IMG/VR virus record: IMGVR_UViG_3300025120_010481
Location: 1-64,000 of that record
Reading direction: 5' to 3' (one strand)
DNA: 64,000 nt
DNA from: a virus
The notes under the pieces were generated by a model, which ran no database searches, was not told the DNA's origin, and worked only from the letters and a program-made list of their open reading frames with translations. Below, in pieces: positions 48,857 through 58,260 of this stretch (positions are counted from its first letter, which is position 1; the number at the start of each line of letters is the position of its first letter). A program made the position numbers and the translations under genes.

Positions 48857-49475
48857 TAATTTCTCCGTTTAATATGGCATCAATTAAATTGACTTTTTGT
48901 GCAAATTTTACAGGTTCTAGTACAGCTTCGCCCATTTTACTGAAAGAGAAATGAATTGTATTTTCTGTATCGCAAGGCAAAACTCGATTCCAAGGTCTGG
49001 CAAACAGAAAGGACTTTCCTCCAGCTTTATGAAAATCCACGCAATTTTGAAACTTGTCGTCAATTAGAGCACAGTTTACGTTGGCGAACTTACTTTTTAA
49101 CTTGCTGTCAGAAACGGTAATCAAAGAATCGCCAAGTTCAGGGAAATGTTTGTTAACCCACAACTGTTTACCCACTCGACAGTCTTCGGATACAGAATGA
49201 GACAAAAACATAATTCTTTCAACATTTAAAAAATCAAAACCTTCGGTTAAACGCTCGATTAAATCAAAAGCCCAAGACGTTGGGGTCAAGTTACTCCAGA
49301 AACTTATAGGTAATGAAGTAATAGACCTATAGAAGTCTTTTCTGTCTAGCCCATAATCTTCTCCAAAGTTCCACTTCGTTACCGTCTTTCTGTCTTGAAT
49401 GGAATAATGATCCATCCAGCCTTCGATAAAGTTAACCAAAACTCCATCCAAGTCTACGTAAAGTATTTTTTCCAC
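48849..49475 (-). CDS. 5'(3')-deoxyribonucleotidase (NT5C, HAD superfamily)
   Basis: YVDLDGVLVNF, GKQLWV..HFP, ALIDD..N, RPWN. Confidence 0.88.
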   Translation of the reverse strand: MEKILYVDLDGVLVNFIEGWMDHYSIQDRKTVTKWNFGEDYGLDRKDFYRSITSLPISFWSNLTPTSWAFDLIERLTEGFDFLNVERIMFLSHSVSEDCRVGKQLWVNKHFPELGDSLITVSDSKLKSKFANVNCALIDDKFQNCVDFHKAGGKSFLFARPWNRVLPCDTENTIHFSFSKMGEAVLEPVKFAQKVNLIDAILNGEINE

Positions 49476-49484
49476 GGCTGTCCT

Positions 49485-50330
49485 TTACTTGTAAGTATTA
49501 ATATATCCGTAAGTGCCAGTCCAATAATTGTTAATTAAATGCCATTCTGTCGCAGCCAACCCTAGTGGAATTTTTTGTTCTATTATTTCATAAAGGTTGT
49601 CTAATACTTCAGATTGTTTCTCTGCTCTATCTCCGAGGTCTGTTAAAGAGTCTCTCTCGACAATTAACCTATCTCTAACTTCATGTAAAGCATGGTGTTC
49701 TGCTTCTAATTCTCTAAATTTATCTCCAGCTAATTTAAGTGTGGCAGGAATAAACAGAACGTCAGGTTTACCGTCACGAGGTTTTCGTTGACCTGTAGAG
49801 TTATTCATTCTATCTTTGTGTTTGCCAAACCTTTTCTGTAAATTATACACATCTGTTTTATTAAAGTACTTAGGTATGTCATAAGCGTGCATTATACTTC
49901 CGGGCACTAAGCTATGCTTCCACCTAAACATATGTAGTGTTTCGTGCTGTGTAACACTTTGCACAAATCTGTTACCCCGCTCCGTGTTTAACCCTATTTT
50001 TCTAGTACTATTTAACAGTATGTATCTTTTACTGGCGTAAGCCAAGCCTAAAGCCCCATACTCCATTTCGCTTTGTGGGCGAAAATAATAACGGATTTTA
50101 GCTTTTCTGGAGTCGCTAACCTTGATAAACTCAATGTCACAAATTGCTTCCATTTCATCAAGAGCTTCATCAATTCTTCTATGAGTTTCCTGTGAAGATA
50201 TTTCAGCCATATGACCGTTTGGCTCCAGCCAGTATTTTACCTTTTGAGCCTGTAAATTACAAGTAAACAATGAACAAAAAGCGAAAAAAAGTAAGAATCT
50301 AAACACGTCAGACCTCGAATAAATAGGCAA
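49485..50330 (-). CDS. Secreted matrixin-like (metzincin) metalloprotease
   Basis: Signal peptide; LGLA; HETLHMFRWKH zinc motif; SIM Met-turn; D...LQ..FG. Confidence 0.8.
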   Translation of the reverse strand: MPIYSRSDVFRFLLFFAFCSLFTCNLQAQKVKYWLEPNGHMAEISSQETHRRIDEALDEMEAICDIEFIKVSDSRKAKIRYYFRPQSEMEYGALGLAYASKRYILLNSTRKIGLNTERGNRFVQSVTQHETLHMFRWKHSLVPGSIMHAYDIPKYFNKTDVYNLQKRFGKHKDRMNNSTGQRKPRDGKPDVLFIPATLKLAGDKFRELEAEHHALHEVRDRLIVERDSLTDLGDRAEKQSEVLDNLYEIIEQKIPLGLAATEWHLINNYWTGTYGYINTYK

Positions 50331-50366
50331 ATTAAATCCTAATGTTTATCCTTCCTGAAACAATTC

Positions 50367-51437
50367 TTATAGTATTCCACCAAAATCCATATCTTCCATA
50401 TCATTTTTACTGGCTCCAATTTTATAACTGGTGATTTCATGCTCTTGCGGGGCTACTTGAACGCTTTCGCTGCTCATCCATGCTTGAGTCCATCCAGCTA
50501 TTGGGTTTTTGCCAACATTCTCATAAGGTAATCCTATTGCTTTCCTTCTACTCATACACAACCATTCAATGTATTGATGCAATACTTGCTCATTTAAACC
50601 TATAATTGAGCCATTTTTAAATAGATAAGTTGCCCACTCTTTTTCTTCTTTGGCTGCACTTTCAAACATTTTAATTGCATTTTCTTGACATTGCTCGGCG
50701 GTTTTGACGAAACCCTCTGATTCCTCGGAGTGCAATATCTTCAGTATTTCTTGTGTGTTTGTAAGATGTAGGGCTTCATCTCTCTTGATTAGCTTGATAA
50801 TATCCGCATTGCCTACCATCTTTTTGTTTTCGGCAAACGCAAAAGAGCAGATAAAACTAACGTAAAATCTAATAGCTTCTAGTATATTGATACTTACAAT
50901 AGTCATATATATCTGCTTCTTAACGTCAGCTACCTTATTGCTACCAGAGGCCATACCCATTAGATTATTGTAATCTTCTATGGCTGTATTGGCTCTTTTC
51001 ATAATTTCTTTATCTTCGTAGATACCGCCAAACACCTCGCTGCTGTCAGCATATACGTTTTGGATAATATAGCTATAGCTTTCACTGTGGATTTGCTCGA
51101 AAAACATCCATGTAATCAGACATGCTTCAAGCTCGGAATTGGTAACGTAGTCCAAAAGGGTGGGAACCCCACGACAAATTACACTATCAAGCATAGTTTG
51201 GTACTTCAGGTTTGAAGTAAAAATGAACTTTTCGTTGTCTGTCAACGTGGCAAAATCAGCCCTGTCTTTTTTCAATTCGATTTCTTCGGGAGACCAGAAG
51301 TTTTCTTTTTGTTTTTTTGTCAACTTTTTGAAGACGGGATACTTGAGAATGTCGTACCTTTGCACTCCAAGGTCTTTACCAAGAAATAATGGTTGGCTCA
51401 TAGGGTCTACGTTTTTTGTATTAAATATTGTTTTCAT
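50367..51437 (-). CDS. nrdB: Ribonucleotide reductase class Ia beta subunit
   Basis: FWSPEEI, LDS, FEQIHSESY (radical Tyr), LEAIRFYVSF, RDEALH, APQE.EI..Y. Confidence 0.96.
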   Translation of the reverse strand: MKTIFNTKNVDPMSQPLFLGKDLGVQRYDILKYPVFKKLTKKQKENFWSPEEIELKKDRADFATLTDNEKFIFTSNLKYQTMLDSVICRGVPTLLDYVTNSELEACLITWMFFEQIHSESYSYIIQNVYADSSEVFGGIYEDKEIMKRANTAIEDYNNLMGMASGSNKVADVKKQIYMTIVSINILEAIRFYVSFICSFAFAENKKMVGNADIIKLIKRDEALHLTNTQEILKILHSEESEGFVKTAEQCQENAIKMFESAAKEEKEWATYLFKNGSIIGLNEQVLHQYIEWLCMSRRKAIGLPYENVGKNPIAGWTQAWMSSESVQVAPQEHEITSYKIGASKNDMEDMDFGGIL

Positions 51438-51547
51438 TTTTCTTTCTCTTTTTCTTTCTCTCTACACTCTGGGCATTTGATTGATTTTGAACTCTCGTAC
51501 TCATCCGTTACCTTGCCGCAGTCTGGACAGTGCCACCAAGTAACCAT
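51434..51547 (-). CDS. 37-aa rubredoxin-like/Zn-ribbon microprotein
   Basis: MVTWWHCPDCGKVTDEYESSKSIKCPECREKEKEKEK; GAGGA RBS; TGA overlaps the nrdB ATG; below the ORF-track cutoff. Confidence 0.7.
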   Translation of the reverse strand: MVTWWHCPDCGKVTDEYESSKSIKCPECREKEKEKEK

Positions 51548-51709
51548 CTAAGAGTCCTCTCTTTGCATTTTTTCTAGCTTAACTTCCTCGCCCGTTAGCA
51601 CATTACGCAGGCTACTTTCCTGTGGGCTATTGACCCCACAGACTCGCAAGACTTTTCTGTGCATCTTCTTCAAAATCTCTACATAATCTTGCTGTTGTTT
51701 GATATTCAT
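51548..51709 (-). CDS. 53-aa hypothetical protein
   Basis: ATG overlaps the nrdA TGA; TAG abuts the next ATG (MNIKQQQDYVEILKKMHRK...). Confidence 0.6.
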   Translation of the reverse strand: MNIKQQQDYVEILKKMHRKVLRVCGVNSPQESSLRNVLTGEEVKLEKMQREDS

Positions 51710-53961
51710 ATCGCACACGCTCCTGACTCGCAGCCCATATCTTTTTCTTCTGCCCCGTCACCATCTGGGGTATTACAGTAGTAAAAATTCTTTAGTCCAT
51801 ACTTGTAACCGTAAATCTGATCTTTAATCAACAAACTTAACGGAATATTTCCATCTTCATAATGATCGTAGTTATAGTAAAGATTTGTGCTCATACTCAT
51901 ATCCACAAACTTTTGAATAACGGCGGCGGTATCTAAAACCGCCTTATTGTCTTTCATGTCCCAAGCTAAAGTGTAAAAGTTCTTTCTATTATAATAGTTT
52001 GGAACCAACTGTTTTAGCACTCCATTTTTAGCTTTTTTGTAAATCAATAAACTTCTAACTGGCTCTTGACCGTTTGTCGAGTTTTGAATAACGCTAGAGG
52101 ACTCACATGGCATTATAGCAGATAGGGTAGAGTTCCTCAACCCAAATTCTTTAACTCTGCCTCTTAATTCTTCCCAATCCATTTTGTGATTTGGTTTCAC
52201 TATTTCGTCTACGCTTTTTTTGTACCAGTCGATAGGCAGCAAGCCTTGAGCGTATTTAGTGTCTTCAAATCGACTACACTGACCTTTTTCTTCTGCCAAT
52301 CTACAACTAGCGTCTATCAAGTACCATTGAATTTTTTCCATAGTTTCATGCACTAAACTCAATGCGTCTTCTTCTCCGTAGAACATTTTATTCTTCGCTA
52401 GAAATCCAGCCAAGTTTGTGATCCCAACACCCAAAGACCTTCTGTTTACAGTAAAGTTTTCTCCAGCCGCAACTGGATAATCTTGGTAATCAATGATTGA
52501 ATCTAAAGATCGAACCGCAACGTCACACGCGGTTTTAAAGTCTTTATCGCCTGTCAACTCAAGTAAGTTTAAAGCCGACAAAATACATATACCTATCTCC
52601 CCCTCAGCGTCATCCACTGATGTGATTGGTTTTGTTGGATGTATAATTTCTTGACATAGATTACTCATGTAGCAAGGTATACTCCACGATCCATGTTCAT
52701 TAGCAGAGTCGATGTTCATAGAGTATATTCGGCCAGTTTCTAGTCTTTCTTTAGCGAAAGAAGATGCCAATTTACTTGCTTGAATTTTCTTCTTGAATTT
52801 TATAGACCTAGAGTTTTCGTATTTCAAATAAAGTTTCTCAAACTCTTCATTATTCCCGAAAGCCTCATAAAGACCTTCTGTTTCGTGGGGTGAAAACAAA
52901 GTGATACTTTCATTCTTAATGAGTCTATCGTAAAACAATTTACAAAATTGAATACTGTAATCTAGCTTACGAACGCGATTGTCGTCCGTTCCAGCGTTGT
53001 TCTTTAGTACCAGCACATCTTCAATCTCGTAATGCCAAAAGGGTACGTGAACCGTGGCACTGCCGCCCCTAATGCCATTCTGAGAGGTTGATTTTACAGC
53101 AGACTCAAAGTTCTTGAGATAAGGAATAAGCCCTGTGTGGATCACCTCTCCCCCTCTAATGGGAGAATTCAAAGGTCTTACCCTTCCTATGTTTAAGCCT
53201 ATACCCGCCCTACGTGCCGTATAACGCCCCACAGCATGTACGCTGCTAAAAATAGAGTCCAAAGTGTCATCAACGTCAACCAGAACGCAAGAAGCAAACT
53301 GCCGTATGCTAGTTCTAACACCAGCCATAACGGGCGTAGGGAGATTAATTTTAAAAGTTGAGTAAACATCGTAAGCATTTTTTACATCCTCCACATTATC
53401 AAACAAACACATAGCAATGCACATATAGGCAAATTGTGGCGTTTCGTAAATTTTGCCCGTACTTCTATTTTTAACAAGGTACTTGTCAACCATTTGTTGC
53501 AACCCAGCGTAGGTGAATTGGTCGTCACGAGAGTGGTCGATATACTTCTCTAGTTCTTCAACCTCTGATTTCGACCAAGCGTCTTCGGCAGAAGAGTCAT
53601 TTTTACTCGGATTTAACTTTTTGTCGTAAACACCATTGTCTACGTTGTTCTGTAAAAAAGTAACAAAGTGAGGAGGGTTTTGTCCAGAACCCCAAACCTC
53701 TTTACGTAGCTGCATGTTCAAAAGTCTAGCAGCAACATATTGATAGTTAGGAGCGGATGTTGAAATTAGATCGTTGGCTGATTTTATTAGAACTTTATGA
53801 ATCTCAGAAGTTTTAATCTTGTCATAAATTGATAAATTTGCGTTCATCTCGATGTCAGAAAAAGAAACACCCTTAATATCGTTCGTTGCCCACTCTACCA
53901 CTTTATGGATTTTTTCAACGGAAAAGTCCTCGAATGTTCCGTCAACCTTTGTTACTTTCAT
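51706..53961 (-). CDS. nrdA: Ribonucleotide reductase class Ia alpha subunit with ATP-cone
   Basis: VTKVDG ATP-cone, PTPVMAG, QFASC, SNLCQEI, MPCESSS, YY, C-terminal CESGAC. Confidence 0.96.
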   Translation of the reverse strand: MKVTKVDGTFEDFSVEKIHKVVEWATNDIKGVSFSDIEMNANLSIYDKIKTSEIHKVLIKSANDLISTSAPNYQYVAARLLNMQLRKEVWGSGQNPPHFVTFLQNNVDNGVYDKKLNPSKNDSSAEDAWSKSEVEELEKYIDHSRDDQFTYAGLQQMVDKYLVKNRSTGKIYETPQFAYMCIAMCLFDNVEDVKNAYDVYSTFKINLPTPVMAGVRTSIRQFASCVLVDVDDTLDSIFSSVHAVGRYTARRAGIGLNIGRVRPLNSPIRGGEVIHTGLIPYLKNFESAVKSTSQNGIRGGSATVHVPFWHYEIEDVLVLKNNAGTDDNRVRKLDYSIQFCKLFYDRLIKNESITLFSPHETEGLYEAFGNNEEFEKLYLKYENSRSIKFKKKIQASKLASSFAKERLETGRIYSMNIDSANEHGSWSIPCYMSNLCQEIIHPTKPITSVDDAEGEIGICILSALNLLELTGDKDFKTACDVAVRSLDSIIDYQDYPVAAGENFTVNRRSLGVGITNLAGFLAKNKMFYGEEDALSLVHETMEKIQWYLIDASCRLAEEKGQCSRFEDTKYAQGLLPIDWYKKSVDEIVKPNHKMDWEELRGRVKEFGLRNSTLSAIMPCESSSVIQNSTNGQEPVRSLLIYKKAKNGVLKQLVPNYYNRKNFYTLAWDMKDNKAVLDTAAVIQKFVDMSMSTNLYYNYDHYEDGNIPLSLLIKDQIYGYKYGLKNFYYCNTPDGDGAEEKDMGCESGACAI

Positions 53962-54003
53962 TCTTCATCCCTTATAAGTTTATGTTAATATCTATGTATA
54001 GTT

Positions 54004-54032
54004 ATTATAACTGTTATACCCCAAAAAGGCAA
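54004..54032 (-). promoter_or_regulatory. Sigma70-type promoter for nrdA
   Basis: TTGCCT-17 nt-TATAAT on the - strand. Confidence 0.7.
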
Positions 54033-54051
54033 GCTCAATCTGTAAATGTGT

Positions 54052-54084
54052 AAAAAAAAGACCCGTTTTTAAAAACAGGTCTCT
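54052..54084 (-). terminator. Rho-independent terminator
   Basis: GAGACCTGTTT-TTAA-AAACGGGTCTT followed by a T-run. Confidence 0.85.
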
Positions 54085-54120
54085 TTCGGCCCGCAATAGC
54101 AAGCCACAGGCAATGCCTGA

Positions 54121-54441
54121 TTATTTGTTTTCCATAGAGCTAATTAAAGTCCCTATTTTGTCTTCAACCCTTCTCGTGTTCGAATTAAGCTCCGAAAAGT
54201 GAAGTTTAAAATCTACAATGTTACTATCTATTCTGTCGATTTTTTCTTCAACTTCGCCAACCGTCTTCTCAAGAGAAGTCATCCTATTATTTAAAGAATC
54301 GTTCACTTTCTGCTCCAGTATTATTATCTGTTTACCTTGCTGTATTAAATTGAAAACAACCCAACTAAACAATGGTATTGCAAACATGCCGACCAATCGG
54401 GCGATTGATTCTATAAATTCCCATGTCTCATTCATTACCAT
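54121..54441 (-). CDS. Single-TM + coiled-coil membrane protein (holin/XhlA-like architecture)
   Basis: Hydrophobic LVGMFAIPLFSWVVFNL followed by heptads; GGAG RBS. Confidence 0.55.
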   Translation of the reverse strand: MVMNETWEFIESIARLVGMFAIPLFSWVVFNLIQQGKQIIILEQKVNDSLNNRMTSLEKTVGEVEEKIDRIDSNIVDFKLHFSELNSNTRRVEDKIGTLISSMENK

Positions 54442-54452
54442 TTCTCCACATT

Positions 54453-54485
54453 AGAAAAGAAACTCGCCCGCAAATGCAGGCGAGT
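54453..54485 (-). terminator. Rho-independent terminator
   Basis: ACTCGCCTGC-ATTT-GCGGGCGAGT followed by TTCTTTT. Confidence 0.85.
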
Positions 54486-54500
54486 AAGTGAGGATGAGGA

Positions 54501-55169
54501 TTACATTCCAGTGATAGGTTTGTAGTTGAAGAAGTTTCCACCAGTTGCTATTGATAGATCAACAAAGTCAACCAACATTACCAACTTACCCGGAATTGCT
54601 CTAGTTGGATTAGCTGCAACGTCAGACCTTCTGACCGCACTATCCGCATTAGGATTCCAAGGAAGGAGACCAGTTTTGGTGCCCGGTTTTTCGACTGCTG
54701 TACCAGCGTTATTCAACCAGATCAATCTAGACTTAGTTGGGTTTCCATTTCTAAAGAAACCAGTTAAAGTGTAATGATTTTCTCTGAGTCTTGTCTGTAC
54801 CTTAGCACCAAAGTCGTTCATAAACTGATGGATAGCATCTAGCTGACCACCTTGACCAGTGATAAGCATCTTGTTCGTGTCTACGCCAGATAAAGAAGTG
54901 GCTGAAGCCATAACAACATACTTTCCTGCTGCTTGGAACGCGAAAGTACCGCCAGCCAAAGCCTTTGCGTTACCAACTGATCCATTATTTAGTTCTTTAG
55001 GTAGATTGCCGGAAGCGGAATCTTTAGCATTGTCTTGCAAGCCTAAAGCCTTAGTGATAACCGAACCTGTGGTTTGGTTGCCGAGAAGTGTACCACCTTC
55101 ATTAGCCTTAACAAAGACTCCACCAGTGGTATTTCTTAGATAAGCCGAAGCTGAACTAGGAACTGCCAT
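54501..55169 (-). CDS. Probable abundant virion protein
   Basis: AGGAG RBS, A/G/T-rich, own leader and terminator; start at ATG 55169. Confidence 0.5.
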   Translation of the reverse strand: MAVPSSASAYLRNTTGGVFVKANEGGTLLGNQTTGSVITKALGLQDNAKDSASGNLPKELNNGSVGNAKALAGGTFAFQAAGKYVVMASATSLSGVDTNKMLITGQGGQLDAIHQFMNDFGAKVQTRLRENHYTLTGFFRNGNPTKSRLIWLNNAGTAVEKPGTKTGLLPWNPNADSAVRRSDVAANPTRAIPGKLVMLVDFVDLSIATGGNFFNYKPITGM

Positions 55170-55235
55170 AATATATACTCCTACAAAATAAAACAAATTT
55201 CCAATTCATCCAAAAACGCAATCCAAGTCCAACCC

Positions 55236-55248
55236 TATATACACAAAA
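55236..55248 (-). promoter_or_regulatory. Candidate phage-sigma (late) promoter TGTGTATA
   Basis: The same octamer is intergenic upstream of the serine protease gene (61621-61628). Confidence 0.4.
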
Positions 55249-55256
55249 GTTTTTAA

Positions 55257-55826
55257 TTATTGCAACTTTCTACAAAATTTAATAGCTGAATTAATTCTTC
55301 TTCTAGCCGTTTCCCTGCTGTAGCCGTTAGCTTCGCCAATTTCTTGCATTGTCATATTGTAAAGGTATTTTTGCTCCAGTATAAACCTTACATCTGAAGG
55401 TAAGTCCATGATGAAGTCTTTAGCCATTCTTGGGGACTCACTTGAGGTTAAATAACGACCATTGACTGATTCTGTTTTTTTTCCTGCTCCCTGACTAAAC
55501 TTACCTTCGCTAGTATCAAAACTTCCCATCGACCTAAATTTATCCCTTTGCCGCTTTCTTAGCTCAATCTTTAAACCGTAAATTACCTGATTAAACAAGT
55601 ATGACGTAAATTTAGTGTTTGGAAATTTCTCGCTGTCAAATTTTCTTATAGCGTTCCACAACCACTGTAGCTTTACAGACTCCAACTCATCCTTCGTAAA
55701 GCTATTCCTGTAAGAAGAAGATGCCTTAGTCATAAGGCTTTGAATACTACTGTCCCGATAATAAGACTCAAAATCATCCCCGTACATTTCAAAAAAACAA
55801 GTTCCAACTCTATTCTTTTCAACCAT
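55257..55826 (-). CDS. Phage sigma-70 family RNA polymerase sigma factor
   Basis: Region 2 LWNAIRKFD..KFTSYL; region 4 MTMQEIGEANGYSRETARR. Confidence 0.88.
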   Translation of the reverse strand: MVEKNRVGTCFFEMYGDDFESYYRDSSIQSLMTKASSSYRNSFTKDELESVKLQWLWNAIRKFDSEKFPNTKFTSYLFNQVIYGLKIELRKRQRDKFRSMGSFDTSEGKFSQGAGKKTESVNGRYLTSSESPRMAKDFIMDLPSDVRFILEQKYLYNMTMQEIGEANGYSRETARRRINSAIKFCRKLQ

Positions 55827-56454
55827 TTTCGCTCCTTAATACAATTCCACCAAAAGATTCTTTTTTAACTACCAATTTATTAACATCACGCAAATAACTC
55901 AAATCCATAGAATCTGAAACGCAATAATCAATGTTTCCATCAGTCCCAACAAATATAGACCAAAACGGCTTGTCGGCAACCTGATTCTTAACTTCTTCGA
56001 CGGCAATCTTAACGTTGCTATCAGACAATATTTCACTTTCAGTATAGACACAAGAAACTTTTTCTATCTCCTGCCTAACATCTCTAATGTTAAAAAGTTC
56101 TGCAACACCAATAAAAAAGGTATATCTACCAATAACTTTTAATCGCTCCACTCCAGCAACTTCTTCTATCTTGCTTTGCAGGCTGTATGTAATATCAAAA
56201 TTTGTAAGACCCACCCAGCAATCCCATCTATTGCTTGGCAAAAAGTAGGAATCTTGCGGGAATACACCTATTGGGGTTTGAACCATTAGCGGAATTGGCA
56301 CATTATTTAATTCCTCAAAATGCCTTCCTTCTTCTTGATCGAAAGGCTCCTCCTGTTCCGGTCTTGTTATTTCAAACAGGAAATTGCTATTTTTTTCTAT
56401 AATCCCAGACTCAATCACATTCCAGCTTTTCCACGTTATTTTCTTGTGATTCAT
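55819..56454 (-). CDS. Hypothetical protein
   Basis: 211 aa, overlaps the sigma start. Confidence 0.65.
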   Translation of the reverse strand: MNHKKITWKSWNVIESGIIEKNSNFLFEITRPEQEEPFDQEEGRHFEELNNVPIPLMVQTPIGVFPQDSYFLPSNRWDCWVGLTNFDITYSLQSKIEEVAGVERLKVIGRYTFFIGVAELFNIRDVRQEIEKVSCVYTESEILSDSNVKIAVEEVKNQVADKPFWSIFVGTDGNIDYCVSDSMDLSYLRDVNKLVVKKESFGGIVLRSENG

Positions 56455-56468
56455 TGAACCCCCCAGTA

Positions 56469-56840
56469 TTATTGAAAGTACGGATCGCTTAAAGGTGAAA
56501 CGACAACCGAGTCACCCACGCCCCCTGCGTTCTCAGCAGTTCCAGCGTTCCGCTCTCTAAGTAGTTTGGTTAAAATTAAAAGAATTTGCTCAAATTCTTC
56601 TGCTTTACCAGTCTTTACACACTCTTGTTCCATATCGTTTAGAATGTCGTCAAGTAAATTGGAGTAAGCCATTGAGAAAAACATTCTAGCGAAGTTCTCT
56701 ATTCCCTTGCTCCAGTCTGCATTATAACCCATCTCTCCATCTTTGTCAACAAATAAAAGGATAAATGATTCAATATTGTCCATAGACTCGCCTGATTCCT
56801 CTTGCTGCTTGTATTTTTCTATGTCTTCAAATCTATCCAT
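56469..56840 (-). CDS. Hypothetical protein
   Basis: AGGGG RBS before ATG 56840. Confidence 0.6.
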   Translation of the reverse strand: MDRFEDIEKYKQQEESGESMDNIESFILLFVDKDGEMGYNADWSKGIENFARMFFSMAYSNLLDDILNDMEQECVKTGKAEEFEQILLILTKLLRERNAGTAENAGGVGDSVVVSPLSDPYFQ

Positions 56841-56841
56841 T

Positions 56842-57243
56842 TTAAAAACCCCTTGATTTTGATGATAAAACTTCTTGATAAAACTCTTCAATCTCTATAC
56901 CTGCATTGTCAATTTCTTGCTCTGTGAAGAAATAACCTGACCTCTCTGAACCTAGAATTACAGGCATGTAAGAGGAGTATACCAATTCAAATACGGGAGT
57001 TTTAAGCTCCAGAGATTCTTTCTGTAACTTTCTAAACCCCCGTATTTCTTTTGGAAGCCAATTGAAATCAACCCTTAAAAACTTATCCGACAACTCTTTG
57101 AGCGTGTCAAACTCGTCTTTCGTGGATATATACTTAGATGGAAAATTCATGTTGTCGTCTAGCAATACCCGAAATCGGTTAGGGTCTGAAATATTAGTTC
57201 TTTTGTCGCACTGTACTACAATAAAAGTTATTTTTAATTTCAT
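56842..57243 (-). CDS. Hypothetical protein
   Basis: 133 aa in the operon. Confidence 0.6.
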   Translation of the reverse strand: MKLKITFIVVQCDKRTNISDPNRFRVLLDDNMNFPSKYISTKDEFDTLKELSDKFLRVDFNWLPKEIRGFRKLQKESLELKTPVFELVYSSYMPVILGSERSGYFFTEQEIDNAGIEIEEFYQEVLSSKSRGF

Positions 57244-57266
57244 TCAATTTCTTTCTTGACTTTTAA

Positions 57267-57485
57267 TTACTCTGACTCTTCATTGACTGCTGGCTCTTGA
57301 TTCGAACTTCTAATGATTTCATCTATCATCTTTAGCTTTTGCACGTCAACAACGTAGTCACTCAGCAAATCATCAAGTTTAGACACTGAGTTTTCTTCGG
57401 GAGAGCTTAAAATAGCCTGTAGTTTAAATGCCATGCCTCCCAGCCTAGCTTGAATTAAGTTTTTTAAAATTTCAACCATATTCAC
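57267..57485 (-). CDS. Hypothetical helical protein
   Basis: GAGG RBS; 72 aa. Confidence 0.55.
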   Translation of the reverse strand: MNMVEILKNLIQARLGGMAFKLQAILSSPEENSVSKLDDLLSDYVVDVQKLKMIDEIIRSSNQEPAVNEESE

Positions 57486-57486
57486 C

Positions 57487-57939
57487 TCACTTTGAAAAAG
57501 ACCAAGACAATCCTTGGAAATCTGAACTTAAATCCTGCAACTCCGCAGGTGTAACAATATGATCTTCGTCTCCTAATGTATCAGACATTAACCCCGTAAG
57601 GTTGTCAGCGAGATTACTATACTTACCCTTTAGCCTCTGACCAAAAAAAATCTTAGCAGAATCAGTATAAATATCATTTATTTGCTGTGCTTTCACGTCA
57701 GAGTAGTCTAGAACCCTTTCAGAAAAAACATTATTGAAAACAGCTAAATTCAATCTATCCATATCATCGACAACTTCAGACGATATGCTTGAGACTTTTT
57801 CTTTTATTTCTTCAGAAGGCTCCATAATATCTATAGATGGCTTTGAAGGAATAGTAAAATCAGGAATCCGTTCCTGAATTTGAGACCAAAATAAACCTAT
57901 GACTAACAACGCCAAGCCAATTATAGCTTTAGTCTTCAT
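57487..57939 (-). CDS. N-terminally anchored membrane/periplasmic protein
   Basis: KTKAIIGLALLVIGLFW transmembrane segment. Confidence 0.65.
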   Translation of the reverse strand: MKTKAIIGLALLVIGLFWSQIQERIPDFTIPSKPSIDIMEPSEEIKEKVSSISSEVVDDMDRLNLAVFNNVFSERVLDYSDVKAQQINDIYTDSAKIFFGQRLKGKYSNLADNLTGLMSDTLGDEDHIVTPAELQDLSSDFQGLSWSFSK

Positions 57940-58249
57940 TTGCAATGCCCCCCTTTTTCGTGGGTGCTAACAAAGGAAATACTTTTTCTAATTCTTTGCA
58001 GGCAGCAACGCAACCCGCTTTATCGCAAGAACTCATTAAGTCATCCCACTTAGCTACTAATTGAACTAAGCTATATCCTCCAATATCTTCATTGCTTGAA
58101 GCTGGCAAATCAACATCATTACTATTTGAGAATTGGTTTTTGAACCATTCTAATAGCTGAGAAAAATTCATAGTGCCAGAAAGCAACATATAGATACCAA
58201 TTCCTATAATCGCCCATTGGATTAAACTTAAACTTGACAGAAATTCCAT
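57929..58249 (-). CDS. Membrane protein
   Basis: N-terminal TM; GGAG RBS. Confidence 0.65.
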   Translation of the reverse strand: MEFLSSLSLIQWAIIGIGIYMLLSGTMNFSQLLEWFKNQFSNSNDVDLPASSNEDIGGYSLVQLVAKWDDLMSSCDKAGCVAACKELEKVFPLLAPTKKGGIANED

Positions 58250-58260
58250 AGGTTAACTCC

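Noticed and set aside
51434-51547. Rubredoxin-like domain fused in frame to NrdB
   Set aside because: Careful reading shows a TGA overlapping the nrdB ATG in a different frame, so they are separate ORFs.
50367-53961. Introns or inteins in nrdA/nrdB (also checked recA, dnaB)
   Set aside because: Lengths and motif spacing match uninterrupted proteins.
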